From the IMG/VR virus record IMGVR_UViG_3300049218_000295, positions 104,949-168,948 of that record: a stretch of DNA of 64,000 nucleotides; one strand, written 5' to 3'. Position 1 is the stretch's first letter. Each line of letters starts with the position of its first letter. The notes beneath the pieces are model-generated. The model did no database searches. It was not told the origin of the DNA and worked only from the letters and a program-made list of their open reading frames with translations. Shown here piece by piece: positions 1-9,567 of this stretch. This stretch comes from a virus. Position numbers and translations under genes: made by a program.

Positions 1-3
1 CAA

Positions 4-870
4 ATGCCATTCACGGATACGCCAGACCCAATTACTGCGACACTCACCGACCTCGGTAGGATGAACTTTGCACGCGTCGCGCATGGGGAAATTTCTTTCG
101 AAGCCACTGGCTTTGCGGTTGGGCAAGGTGGCTACAATATGTCAAACCCTGTCCAGATCACCGCTATCGACTCCACCCAAACAGGTCTCATTGCTCAATT
201 CTTTCCCGCGCCCCCACCAGTGCAGACTCTTTCTTGTACTCTGACTGTTGGGAGCAATGCGGTCGTCACAACCAGCACCGCAAACCTCAGCCCTGGATTT
301 ATTATTGGCGGGATTGGTATTCCACCAAATACTACAGTGACGGCAGTGACATCGATAACTACCTTCTCGATGAGCAAAACAGTAATACCCCAATACAGCT
401 TCACGGTCGTTGCGGCCAATGCTACTGCGGGGGCCATTTACACCAGCAACTCCAACTCCTTTACAGTAGTGTCCTCCATTATCGGTGCCACAACACTTGT
501 TTGTAATGGTACCGGAGCACCTACACCACCAACCGGTACACTCACTAAGGTCTCCGGTCTGGGAGACGCTACCATCACCTATTCTGCTGTCAATGCAGCT
601 AGTGGGTCGCAAACTCTAACTTTTTCCAACTTACAGCCCCTCGCCGACATCGAATACCCAACACCGAAGACTGCGGTGATGAATTGCCGTCTATCAAGTA
701 GCCAAGCAGTGACGGCTCTTGGCGAACTAGGAATTTGGGCCACGATAGTTAGCTCCAACACTACGCCAGCGGAAATCGGAACAACATTCTTAATGGCAGT
801 GGCGCATTTTCCGATTATGACCAAAACTTTAAAGCAGGTAATCGTCTATCGAGTGGTCATACAATTCTAA
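4..870 (+). CDS. Probable virion structural protein (Thr/Ser/Gly-rich, tail/baseplate-associated)
   Basis: 288 aa, T/S/G-rich beta-type composition. Contains a GxGIPxNTTV repeat also seen in 24016..24933. First gene of a co-oriented structural block. Confidence 0.55.
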   Translation: MPFTDTPDPITATLTDLGRMNFARVAHGEISFEATGFAVGQGGYNMSNPVQITAIDSTQTGLIAQFFPAPPPVQTLSCTLTVGSNAVVTTSTANLSPGFIIGGIGIPPNTTVTAVTSITTFSMSKTVIPQYSFTVVAANATAGAIYTSNSNSFTVVSSIIGATTLVCNGTGAPTPPTGTLTKVSGLGDATITYSAVNAASGSQTLTFSNLQPLADIEYPTPKTAVMNCRLSSSQAVTALGELGIWATIVSSNTTPAEIGTTFLMAVAHFPIMTKTLKQVIVYRVVIQF

Positions 871-880
871 GGAATAGTCT

Positions 881-2290
881 ATGGGTCTTTTGCGCGACAT
901 CGAAAATATCGTCAACAACAGCATTAACACCTATTCGCATGTCAAGGTTTTCCCCAGAGGCTTGCCTTTCTTCCAGGACTCTCTACTCCGAGGAACCGTC
1001 CGCTTCGGAAAGCGAACTGGCAACAGCATCGCTACTATCAACCCTGACAACACTCAATATTTTGGAGCGGCAGCAAGCGTCAATGATACCCAAATTACGC
1101 TTTTATATCCCTCCCAATGGTTTGATGTGGCTTGCATTTTGTCGCTTGGTCCAGGTGAAGAACTGGCTCAGATTGTGGATGTCAGCGATGAGCAGATTCT
1201 CACACTTCAAGATCCGATTGGAAATTCCTACACCACGGACCTAGACAATCAAATTCTGCTCTGGGCTTTCCCACTCGTCATGCACACCGACGCCGCCGAG
1301 GGTGCAACAAGTATCACGGTAAGATCGCACTATCCTCTTGGCAACGGTGAAGTATTTACATACATGCAGACTCCCGGACTACTGGAATCACTGTTTGAAA
1401 TTGACGTTCTCACCGCCACTTACAATGGGACTTCTGCGGATCTCTACTATACTTCAATTTATACTTTGACACTGGCCAAACCTCTACCTAGTGCTCTCAT
1501 TCAAGAGAGTCAAGTTTATCACCGTGCTTATCCAGCTTACTTCTCCCAGCCCGTCCCAGTTCCTTTATCGATTAACTCTGCGGAACCAGTTGGACCGTTT
1601 CTTCTCGACTTGCTTAGCGGTAAGATTATTGAGGGTTCCAGCGTTAAAGAGACTTTTGCAGTTTGCACCTTGAATGCTTCTGGTGATTACGTCCTAGGAA
1701 ACTCCGACGGCTTCGTCACTGTCCCCAAGAATACAGTGATCCTAGAGAGGCAAGTCTCTTCCGATTTCCCAATGTTCTGGGAGCTAGCGGAAGGGACGAT
1801 GCGGCTCACTCCAAACAGCAGCGTCTTTATTGTAAACCAGGATGTTAACCGACTCTTTTTCTGTTGTGGGACTCGTTGTATTCCAAATTGGCAGGCCAAT
1901 GGCAATAGCTGGCGGCTAACTCTACAGGCAACCGATAGCTGCACGGTAAATTTCTTTTTCCATCCTTACCCCGTTCAATCTTTTTCGTGTCCGGCGGGTG
2001 CAACAGTGAACGCGATTGTCACAATACCGGTTGGTACTGATCCTGTTACCGAAATAGAAATCAATGTTCTTGGTCAATCCGAAATTTGCCAAGTTGAAAT
2101 GTCTGATTGGACGCCTGTAGGTAATACGGTTACCCAAATTCAGTACAGCCTAGTCGCCCAGGCCACCGGAATTGCGACGTATCAATCGACTGGTTTGGTA
2201 GTTAAACCCTTTTTCCTAAGCGTCGACTTCTTGCAGGCAACTTACGACCAGGAAAATACCACCTATGACGGTGGCAAAGTCTACTTCTAA
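881..2290 (+). CDS. Probable virion structural protein
   Basis: 469 aa, AAGGA SD, beta-rich composition, structural gene context. Confidence 0.5.
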   Translation: MGLLRDIENIVNNSINTYSHVKVFPRGLPFFQDSLLRGTVRFGKRTGNSIATINPDNTQYFGAAASVNDTQITLLYPSQWFDVACILSLGPGEELAQIVDVSDEQILTLQDPIGNSYTTDLDNQILLWAFPLVMHTDAAEGATSITVRSHYPLGNGEVFTYMQTPGLLESLFEIDVLTATYNGTSADLYYTSIYTLTLAKPLPSALIQESQVYHRAYPAYFSQPVPVPLSINSAEPVGPFLLDLLSGKIIEGSSVKETFAVCTLNASGDYVLGNSDGFVTVPKNTVILERQVSSDFPMFWELAEGTMRLTPNSSVFIVNQDVNRLFFCCGTRCIPNWQANGNSWRLTLQATDSCTVNFFFHPYPVQSFSCPAGATVNAIVTIPVGTDPVTEIEINVLGQSEICQVEMSDWTPVGNTVTQIQYSLVAQATGIATYQSTGLVVKPFFLSVDFLQATYDQENTTYDGGKVYF

Positions 2291-2302
2291 AGGAGAGAGT
2301 CT

Positions 2303-2590
2303 ATGAAGATTTATCAAATTGGTGATGAAATTCCGGATGAGGAAGTTAAAGCCCCTGATGCAGATAAGGTCCTTACTGTGGACTCGCTGCGAGCCAAGCT
2401 TCACGAAATGAGCATTATGGCAGATATTGAGACTCGGTCCAATGACGTTTTGGTGCGGGTCCTCGATAACATCGGTACCGGACAATTTTTGGCCAACGCC
2501 GTGGATGACCACTTCTGGCTCAAAAGCAAAGCTTACAAAACAGAGCGCCGTGGAACTTCGGTGGTTTATTTCCTGAAAATGGATAAGTGA
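2303..2590 (+). CDS. Hypothetical protein
   Basis: 95 aa ORF with AAGGAG SD. Confidence 0.7.
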   Translation: MKIYQIGDEIPDEEVKAPDADKVLTVDSLRAKLHEMSIMADIETRSNDVLVRVLDNIGTGQFLANAVDDHFWLKSKAYKTERRGTSVVYFLKMDK

Positions 2591-2898
2591 ACAGCAAATT
2601 CATTCCGACCATTATCATCGTGCAGGAGCTTCACACCGAGTATCGCGGCTATACTCTGCAGGGCCGAGAATTTGTTCTGAAGCACCCTCAGCCTCGTAAA
2701 GATGAGGGCATCTTTATGGATGGGGCCAAGGTGGTTGATGAATACTGGGTTGTCAGCAAAGAAGAGTACATGCGGGTGGTTCCTGAAGCTAGGAACCAGG
2801 ATTTCGATTCGGAAGAAATTTATATACCAACTTTCGTAGCAAGGCTTTCATTCCGCCCGTGCTACGTAAAGTCTTCGGCTCAAACACTCCTGGAGTAG
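2587..2898 (+). CDS. Hypothetical protein
   Basis: GTGA overlap with upstream stop. Confidence 0.55.
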   Translation: MNSKFIPTIIIVQELHTEYRGYTLQGREFVLKHPQPRKDEGIFMDGAKVVDEYWVVSKEEYMRVVPEARNQDFDSEEIYIPTFVARLSFRPCYVKSSAQTLLE

Positions 2899-3088
2899 AG
2901 CGGACCACCTGCCATACTCCTGGTTCGCGTGTTTCATGAGCTTCTAGACTGAAACCGCACTTGGAACAATTCACATGCTCTCGGAGCAGGACAGAACAAT
3001 TCTTGCGTTTCAAGGGTTCTCCGCAAACGCAAACACTAGGATTAAATTTGTAAGCTTCGCCGTTGTGAATTATCGTGTCCATGTCCAT
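2789..3088 (-). CDS. Small Zn-ribbon-like protein
   Basis: CxCG and CxxCG motifs; TTGACA...TGCTATTTT promoter upstream near 3149. Overlaps the 3' end of 2587..2898. Confidence 0.4.
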   Translation of the reverse strand: MDMDTIIHNGEAYKFNPSVCVCGEPLKRKNCSVLLREHVNCSKCGFSLEAHETREPGVWQVVRSTPGVFEPKTLRSTGGMKALLRKLVYKFLPNRNPGS

Positions 3089-3225
3089 CCGTTCTTTTAT
3101 GGTGTTATGCGTCTGCTGCAAAATAGCATGATGGGAGCACGGTGTCAATAAATGTAGTCTACAGCGAAACTCATATTTATCTTTAAGCTTGAGTTACACA
3201 GAGTAATATTCTAAGGAGTCTATAC

Positions 3226-4464
3226 ATGAGCTTTGATATTGATGTGCCGGAGAACACTTCTCAACCACAACAGGCAGCGCCAGTCACTCCTGCCGCAACC
3301 CTTCCAGCCCAAGGGACGTCAGTGGACCTACCAGACTTAGAAATGGCGGGACCCCGCACCAAAGCGGCCTATGTGGTTGAACCCGACCAGAAAGAACTAG
3401 CTGTCAAATTTGGAATCATTGGTTCTGGTCAAGGTGGTTCTCGCTTAGCTGATACTTTCTACCAACTTGGCTATCGTCGGGTGTGTGCAATCAATACAAC
3501 TCACCAAGATTTTTTGGGGCTTGAAATTCCAGTTAAGAACCAAAAAGTTCTTGAAGAATCTGAAGGCGGAGCGGGTAAGGACATTAAGAAGGGCGAAGAA
3601 GCACTTTCTCATGCTACCGAGGAAGTGATGAACCTTATGCGCCACTCTTTCGGTGAAGATATTGAACACATTATGGTCTGCGTCGGCGCAGGCGGCGGCA
3701 CAGGAACTGGCACGGCTCTTGGCCTTGTCAAACTCGCACGCTACTACATGAGACAGCTTAACAAACCCGAAAAGGTTGGGATGATAGTTTCCCTCCCCAA
3801 ATTTATTGAAGGCGGTAAAGTCCAGGCTAATGCTCATGAACTGCTTACTGCTTTGGCTCCGGAAGCCGCTTTGGCCAAATTGGGTCCAGATGCCTCAGGC
3901 AGTCGCCTCTCCCCTTTTGTCTTGGTAGACAACGAAAGCATTCACCAAATGTTTCCCGATGTCTCGGCCAAAAAATTCTGGCAGACCGCCAATCGCAATG
4001 CCATTGGACTCTTTGACATTTTCAACGTTCTTGCGGCCCAGAAGTCGGCATACCACACTTTTGACCGAGCAGACTACCGTAACATGTTGGACTCTGGGGT
4101 CCTCATTTTCGGGGCAACAAAGCTCGACTCTTACAAAAGTGACACCGACATTTCGGATGGCCTGCGCACCAACTTAAAGAGGACTCTCCTCGCGGATGTT
4201 GACATCACCACGGCAACCCACGTTGCTGGGATTTTGGCAGCCCCAGATGCAATTCTTGAAATTTTGCCACAATCACACATTGACCTTGCTTTTGCTACCT
4301 TAGAGCGCATCTTAAGTGGCGAGGGTAGAAATCTAACTGTTCATCAAGGTGTCTACGAAGCCTCCCCCAACAAGATGGGACTTTTTCTCTACACCATGGT
4401 GGGCGGATTGACAATACCACAAAAACGGCTTGCCATTATGAAGGCCCGATCCGGTACAGTGTAA
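3226..4464 (+). CDS. Tubulin/FtsZ-superfamily GTPase (phage PhuZ/TubZ-like)
   Basis: GxGQGG (GSGQGG), GAG, tubulin signature GGGTGTG, DNE and D-x-A-D motifs; AAGGAG SD. Confidence 0.9.
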   Translation: MSFDIDVPENTSQPQQAAPVTPAATLPAQGTSVDLPDLEMAGPRTKAAYVVEPDQKELAVKFGIIGSGQGGSRLADTFYQLGYRRVCAINTTHQDFLGLEIPVKNQKVLEESEGGAGKDIKKGEEALSHATEEVMNLMRHSFGEDIEHIMVCVGAGGGTGTGTALGLVKLARYYMRQLNKPEKVGMIVSLPKFIEGGKVQANAHELLTALAPEAALAKLGPDASGSRLSPFVLVDNESIHQMFPDVSAKKFWQTANRNAIGLFDIFNVLAAQKSAYHTFDRADYRNMLDSGVLIFGATKLDSYKSDTDISDGLRTNLKRTLLADVDITTATHVAGILAAPDAILEILPQSHIDLAFATLERILSGEGRNLTVHQGVYEASPNKMGLFLYTMVGGLTIPQKRLAIMKARSGTV

Positions 4465-4487
4465 GCTTACTCTCTTAGGTGGATTAA

Positions 4488-7025
4488 ATGAACCTTGAAG
4501 GCCTAAATTACGATAGCAAGTTGAGCATTGATGACCTAACCTTCAATGCAAGTGTTCAGGAGCAAGCTATTCTTGACCGAACCACCATCATTTTTGGTGG
4601 TGGAACACAAGAAGGCGCTCCGATTCTCCCGACTCCGCAGTACGGGATCAACCCCGCCAAAATCATCGCGAGTGATACAACCAGGCCACTACTAGTAACG
4701 GCTGATACCAACACTGCCCTTACAATTGATGTCAATCCAGGAACAACTGTCTCACCTAACGGGTGCATTTGTACGGTCCCCACGGCGATCCAGGCTTTAC
4801 AGCTCGCAAGGACCCTGGTGGGTGATATCATAGTTGTCTACACTCAAAACCAAATTGTAGATAGCGCCCCAGTTCGAATTACTCGGTATGGCGTAGCCGA
4901 GCCTGTGCGCAGAACGCAGAATACACAAATCGTGAACTCAGCCCTGCTTTCAGACTTCACCAACCCCGTTTTATTTCCGCCTTCGGTCATGCAGAACATC
5001 GTGAGTTTGGCGGTGGTTACGGTGGTGCAGACTCAGACTGGCTTAGAACTGCAAATCGACCTTTCGGCTTCAACCTATGTTTTCAACCGCCCCTGGTATT
5101 CACCGGTGGATGTCCAACATCGTTCTTATCTCGGTACTGGTGTTGCCACAGAGAACAACCCTCACGCCACTTCATTTAATGACTTGTCTTCCGGGAACTT
5201 GACCTTATATCAAGAAGTCCTGCCCTATGGAATGGTACAATCTCGGGATGATGCTTTCAAGGGAATGCCGGGCTATTCCTGTACAGAAACTGTAACTCCT
5301 TCCCGCATTCTGACCGACACTGGCGGCACGATCACCGCACAATCTCGCTTTGGTGGGGTGGGAGCACAATATGTTGTGCTTTCGGCTTACCCATGGGCCA
5401 TGGGCTCCATGTATTCGATCTCTTCGCTATCGAGAGAAATTGCTTTTGATTGGATCAAAGGCACCAGAATTTTGGTGCTACCAGCAAGTGAAGTTCTTAC
5501 TGAAGATGCCATTATTGCATACACACGTGTCACTGCACTCGAACCACCGGCCTCTCTTCTATCAAACACCATTACGCTCGGACAGCCTAATATTTCCGAA
5601 GAGCTTATTTACACAGGTGGACTAGCCGTTTCCACCCTCACCAACCCAAGTATTGCTTATGACGGCTCTGGTCCTGTTCCTAGGAACTTCACTATTTATG
5701 CGAATAGTGACGGCTCTTTACTCAGTTCCCCTGGAATCCTTCAGCCAACGGTGACGTTAGATGCCATTGGAACTAATATTAATGCACTCACAATTGCACA
5801 GTTTGGACCTGCACACCTTTCTGTTGGTCTTGCCAATGCTGTTTCTGGCCCCAACCTATCTGTAGTTATCACTCTGTACGGTGTGGATAACGACAACAAC
5901 AATATCCAAGAAACTGTGACTTTCGGTTCTTCCTGGGTGCCAGCCTCTTTGCCAGGCACCGAAAATCTTAACCAGTACATCGTGACCAACAATGTTTTTG
6001 CAAGCTTAACGGGCTACCAGGTCGTTTCCCGCGCTAACGACGGACCAAACTCCCAAATCATCATTTACGCTGAGTACCAATCCGAGATTACTCCGGCTCT
6101 AAACAATTTGGCACAAGCTGTTGGTGTTGCTTGGAGTGGCCTTTCTATTTCTTCGGTTGTCGATCTCCGCCATGTGGTTAGGGCAATTCCCGAAATTCCC
6201 AACCGTTATCAAGCCATTGGGGAAGCTTATGGAATCGGTGGAACCAGCCCCACTTTCTTATTAAGCGAAGATTTTGCTGCTCCTCAACACCAAGAGACAA
6301 CTACGGGAAGCCAAGCCGCTACATCCGCCACTTTCAATATTGACATCAACGATTTCAGTCTGATTCAGACTAGCGACACCATCACCTTACCAAATGGTTC
6401 AACACTATCTCCCGTCTTAGCTCCGTCCATCCCAAATCGGACGCTTGGTCAGTTTCTTGCTTCGGTCTCAAATCAATCAACTCGGGACGACATGATTGCG
6501 ACTCTGAATTACTCTGGTTTTAGCAGCGGGGTTACTGCCGTCGCTGACATAAACTCCAACGTGGCCCAGGTCGACTGCACTTCCACGACAAAGGGCTCTG
6601 CTGGTAATGGTACAGTTACAACTTCCTTGGCAAACCCCAATTGTATTACGACCTCCGGGGCGGCAGTTGGTGGTTACGACACTTTCGGCCAAATTCACCT
6701 GGTGCGCCACTGGGATTACATCAATAGCACTATTCCTTCTTCATCCGTTTACGAAGTGTCTTACTTGCAGTCTCGTTACCAATCACGAGCTATTGCTACT
6801 GACGGAATGAATAATTTGATGCTCGTGGCCTACGGTGTTCCACAACCCTACGCCAGCAAACTTCAAGTAAGAATGCGGGTCGCACAGGGAACCTTCGACT
6901 GGAACCCTTGGCAAGTGGTTACAGGCAATGGAAACAGCTATACTTTGAGCGCTCCTGGGGTAACAAAGGTCCAAATAGAACTATTTGGTCGCTGCTCCGG
7001 GTTCTCTTTATATGAGTGGAACTAA
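4488..7025 (+). CDS. Large probable virion structural protein
   Basis: 845 aa, S/T/G/N-rich, low charge, structural cluster. Confidence 0.55.
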   Translation: MNLEGLNYDSKLSIDDLTFNASVQEQAILDRTTIIFGGGTQEGAPILPTPQYGINPAKIIASDTTRPLLVTADTNTALTIDVNPGTTVSPNGCICTVPTAIQALQLARTLVGDIIVVYTQNQIVDSAPVRITRYGVAEPVRRTQNTQIVNSALLSDFTNPVLFPPSVMQNIVSLAVVTVVQTQTGLELQIDLSASTYVFNRPWYSPVDVQHRSYLGTGVATENNPHATSFNDLSSGNLTLYQEVLPYGMVQSRDDAFKGMPGYSCTETVTPSRILTDTGGTITAQSRFGGVGAQYVVLSAYPWAMGSMYSISSLSREIAFDWIKGTRILVLPASEVLTEDAIIAYTRVTALEPPASLLSNTITLGQPNISEELIYTGGLAVSTLTNPSIAYDGSGPVPRNFTIYANSDGSLLSSPGILQPTVTLDAIGTNINALTIAQFGPAHLSVGLANAVSGPNLSVVITLYGVDNDNNNIQETVTFGSSWVPASLPGTENLNQYIVTNNVFASLTGYQVVSRANDGPNSQIIIYAEYQSEITPALNNLAQAVGVAWSGLSISSVVDLRHVVRAIPEIPNRYQAIGEAYGIGGTSPTFLLSEDFAAPQHQETTTGSQAATSATFNIDINDFSLIQTSDTITLPNGSTLSPVLAPSIPNRTLGQFLASVSNQSTRDDMIATLNYSGFSSGVTAVADINSNVAQVDCTSTTKGSAGNGTVTTSLANPNCITTSGAAVGGYDTFGQIHLVRHWDYINSTIPSSSVYEVSYLQSRYQSRAIATDGMNNLMLVAYGVPQPYASKLQVRMRVAQGTFDWNPWQVVTGNGNSYTLSAPGVTKVQIELFGRCSGFSLYEWN

Positions 7026-7028
7026 TCG

Positions 7029-7928
7029 ATGACACAAAGTAGAATTCAGGATTATGGCTCGCCGGTAGTAGCCCAAACTTTGAAAACGATGAACAAGTCG
7101 TTCGTCACTTCTGCCATTCTTTCTGGCAATCAATTCCTCGTTAATGGGGTCAACCGCCTTCAAATCAACCCTGGAACTGCGGTCACCGACCAAGGTGTGC
7201 TCATCATTGAGAGTGAGATTAAGTATCTATCAATTCCAACTTCGGCAAACCCCGTCAGTTACACGGTTTACTACTACCATGTTGACCAACAGGTTACCGG
7301 TGGCGTGGCAGCGGTTTTGACCCTCGATTCCGGGATTTTGACCCCCGCTGTGGTCCAGGGTGTAATCCTCGGCTACATCATTTACCCTGGTGGCGGTGTG
7401 AACCTTGATGCCACAATGTTTATTCAGCCTCCGGCGCTGCAAATTGGGTCTTCGGCACCAACCGAAAACAGCGCTAACTGGATTATTCCCATTAAAAACC
7501 AGGGCTATCTCATTACTGCCCAAACGGGCGGCTCCATCACTTTCACAGACGTTTTTGATACATCGGCAACAATTCCGCAAGTATATTCGCGCATCATTAA
7601 CAACACAACCACAGTTGGCACGATTACTATTGTTTATCCTTTCAAAGTTTACGACATTCCCTACTACAAACTCCAAATAAACATGGGAGTGGATGTAAAC
7701 GCAACCGTTAACCCATCGTTCATTGACTCTGGCGGCACATCAACAGTTTTGACTCTGACCCCAATTACCGGAACCACAAACCTGACCTTCCAGGAGTACA
7801 CGCTTCCCGCAGGTTCGGTCCAAACACCAAATTCGTTAGTTTATATCATGTTTGAAATTCAGGAATCACCAGGAAGGCAAGTTATTCTACAGTCTCTAGG
7901 ACTGTCGCAGTATAACATACCATCCTAA
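7029..7928 (+). CDS. Probable virion structural protein
   Basis: 299 aa, I/T/V-rich; N-terminal LQINPGTAVTDQG resembles phage tail/baseplate N-termini. Confidence 0.5.
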   Translation: MTQSRIQDYGSPVVAQTLKTMNKSFVTSAILSGNQFLVNGVNRLQINPGTAVTDQGVLIIESEIKYLSIPTSANPVSYTVYYYHVDQQVTGGVAAVLTLDSGILTPAVVQGVILGYIIYPGGGVNLDATMFIQPPALQIGSSAPTENSANWIIPIKNQGYLITAQTGGSITFTDVFDTSATIPQVYSRIINNTTTVGTITIVYPFKVYDIPYYKLQINMGVDVNATVNPSFIDSGGTSTVLTLTPITGTTNLTFQEYTLPAGSVQTPNSLVYIMFEIQESPGRQVILQSLGLSQYNIPS

Positions 7929-7948
7929 CAGTCTAGTGAGGAAAGTCT

Positions 7949-8440
7949 ATGTCTGATCGTTCTCCTTTTGAAGGGCTCTACGTTATCGCCAAGTTCTACA
8001 TGTCAAAGGCTCCGGATGGGACTATCCATTGCATCTCCCGAAGTCTCGGGAAGCTGAGTATTGTTGAACCGGCCCAGGAAAGCAAAGTCAAACATAAAGA
8101 GGTTTGGCTCTGTCGAATCCAAAAAGAAATCAAGCCCGGACTGAATCGCGGAGCTTTTATCTTGGATGCGATTAAAAAAGTCGAGGACCCAGAGGCCCAA
8201 ATTAAGAAGATCATTCCAGGTTTCTATGACCTTCAAGCGGTAGGCAAGGCAGCAATGGTTCGGCCAAACTCCGACCCCGATGCTTATTGGATGCTCTCCA
8301 AAGTGACCCGCCAGATTTTCTCGAGCAAATACTACGCCGTGGTGGTCCCTATCCAGTACCAACCTGATGGAACAGTTTTTGATATTGAAAATGAGGAAGA
8401 AACAGAAAATGCCCTGCATAAGGTTCCGGAGCAATTATGA
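7949..8440 (+). CDS. Hypothetical protein
   Basis: 163 aa, GAGG SD. Confidence 0.7.
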   Translation: MSDRSPFEGLYVIAKFYMSKAPDGTIHCISRSLGKLSIVEPAQESKVKHKEVWLCRIQKEIKPGLNRGAFILDAIKKVEDPEAQIKKIIPGFYDLQAVGKAAMVRPNSDPDAYWMLSKVTRQIFSSKYYAVVVPIQYQPDGTVFDIENEEETENALHKVPEQL

Positions 8441-8724
8441 GGGTACGTGAGAAGAAAACTGGCGGCATCTACGAAGTTTACCCCCAGGGGCGACCTGAGG
8501 GCATTCGTTTCGTTTGTGCAACCAATTCTAAACTAGTGTTCAAATGGGAAGAACTAGAAGCCTACATTGAAATTAAAAAACCTGCCAAGTCCGTCCAAAA
8601 GCACATCGGAGTGAAAATACCTATTGGTGCTTCGGCCTCCGTGAATTCAAGTTCTGAAGTTGCGACCCCGCGACGCGCAGTACAGCAAAATAGGTCAGCA
8701 AGGCTGGGCGGTAAGAAGATTTAG
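8437..8724 (+). CDS. Hypothetical protein
   Basis: ATGA overlap with upstream gene. Confidence 0.6.
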   Translation: MRVREKKTGGIYEVYPQGRPEGIRFVCATNSKLVFKWEELEAYIEIKKPAKSVQKHIGVKIPIGASASVNSSSEVATPRRAVQQNRSARLGGKKI

Positions 8725-8725
8725 T

Positions 8726-8802
8726 TGGTTGCGAGTGAAGGAATTGCGCCTTCCGTGATCTTGGTTATGAGCCAAGCAAGCCTCTTTTGCTCCATTCTCG
8801 CG
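8726..8802 (-). tRNA. tRNA-Met(CAT), initiator-like
   Basis: C1:A72 mismatch, anticodon loop CTCATAA, ACCA end, atypical T-loop CGCAATT. Confidence 0.8.
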
Positions 8803-8854
8803 TTAAATAAAGTAACATGGTGCTTACTTTTAGAAGAGATAAACGGGGGCATTC

Positions 8855-9562
8855 ATGCGCAAAGTCAAAGTTACTCAGGAACAGATCAGGGAATTGGTAA
8901 CAGCTTCTGAGGGCAACCCGGCTCTTGAAGAATTAGCTGGTGAATTACCTGGTTTGTCTCTTCGCATCACTAAGGATAAAGGCCAATTCAGCAAGAAGGG
9001 CGACATTCTAGAAGTTCAGCACTGCGAAGACAACAAAATTGACTTCCATTCTCCCTTTCGTTGCACTACCACCAACCCGGAAGTTGACAAGGATGATATC
9101 TGGCAACTTGACTGGATTATGGAAGGTCTCGGCAGCCAGAAGTATCTTGAAATTGTGGATGAACCGCACAAAGCCGAGGAGCTTCTTGCTCTTTGGGAAG
9201 AAGCAGAGCAGCTCGAAGACGATGACAACGACGACTATGAAGAAGAAACTGCATCTGTAATCGCTGCGTCTGGACCTTCTGAAGAGCAAAAAGAAGTTAT
9301 GGAAGAAGTAGGTATGGATACCTCCGACCTCAAAATCATTGAAGGTAAGAACTACAACCATCACGGGCAAGCCTATACCGATGGAAACTATTTAGCTTTT
9401 GTCGGAATGTCCTCGAAGGCGTGTGACAAGTTTCTTTACTACATGGGTGCTGAAAATGAAGCGGAGATAGTAGCCCTCTGGAAAGAGGTTGCTATTTATG
9501 AGGGCATCAGTGAAAGTCGATTGGAAGTGGACAGCGATGAAGAGGAAGATTCGGAAGACTAA
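8855..9562 (+). CDS. Acidic hypothetical protein (possible internal head protein)
   Basis: 235 aa, D/E-rich; LVTA-S and VIAA-S motifs. Confidence 0.65.
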   Translation: MRKVKVTQEQIRELVTASEGNPALEELAGELPGLSLRITKDKGQFSKKGDILEVQHCEDNKIDFHSPFRCTTTNPEVDKDDIWQLDWIMEGLGSQKYLEIVDEPHKAEELLALWEEAEQLEDDDNDDYEEETASVIAASGPSEEQKEVMEEVGMDTSDLKIIEGKNYNHHGQAYTDGNYLAFVGMSSKACDKFLYYMGAENEAEIVALWKEVAIYEGISESRLEVDSDEEEDSED

Positions 9563-9567
9563 TCCTC

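Noticed and set aside
8725-8910. ORF-track entries overlapping tRNAs (e.g. 8725..8910, 23397..23960, 28323..28535, 32939..33241, 35096..35389, 45569..45862) and N-terminal extensions of SOD, Pth2, GNAT and the ferritin-like gene
   Set aside because: They are translations of tRNA sequence; starts were moved to downstream ATGs.
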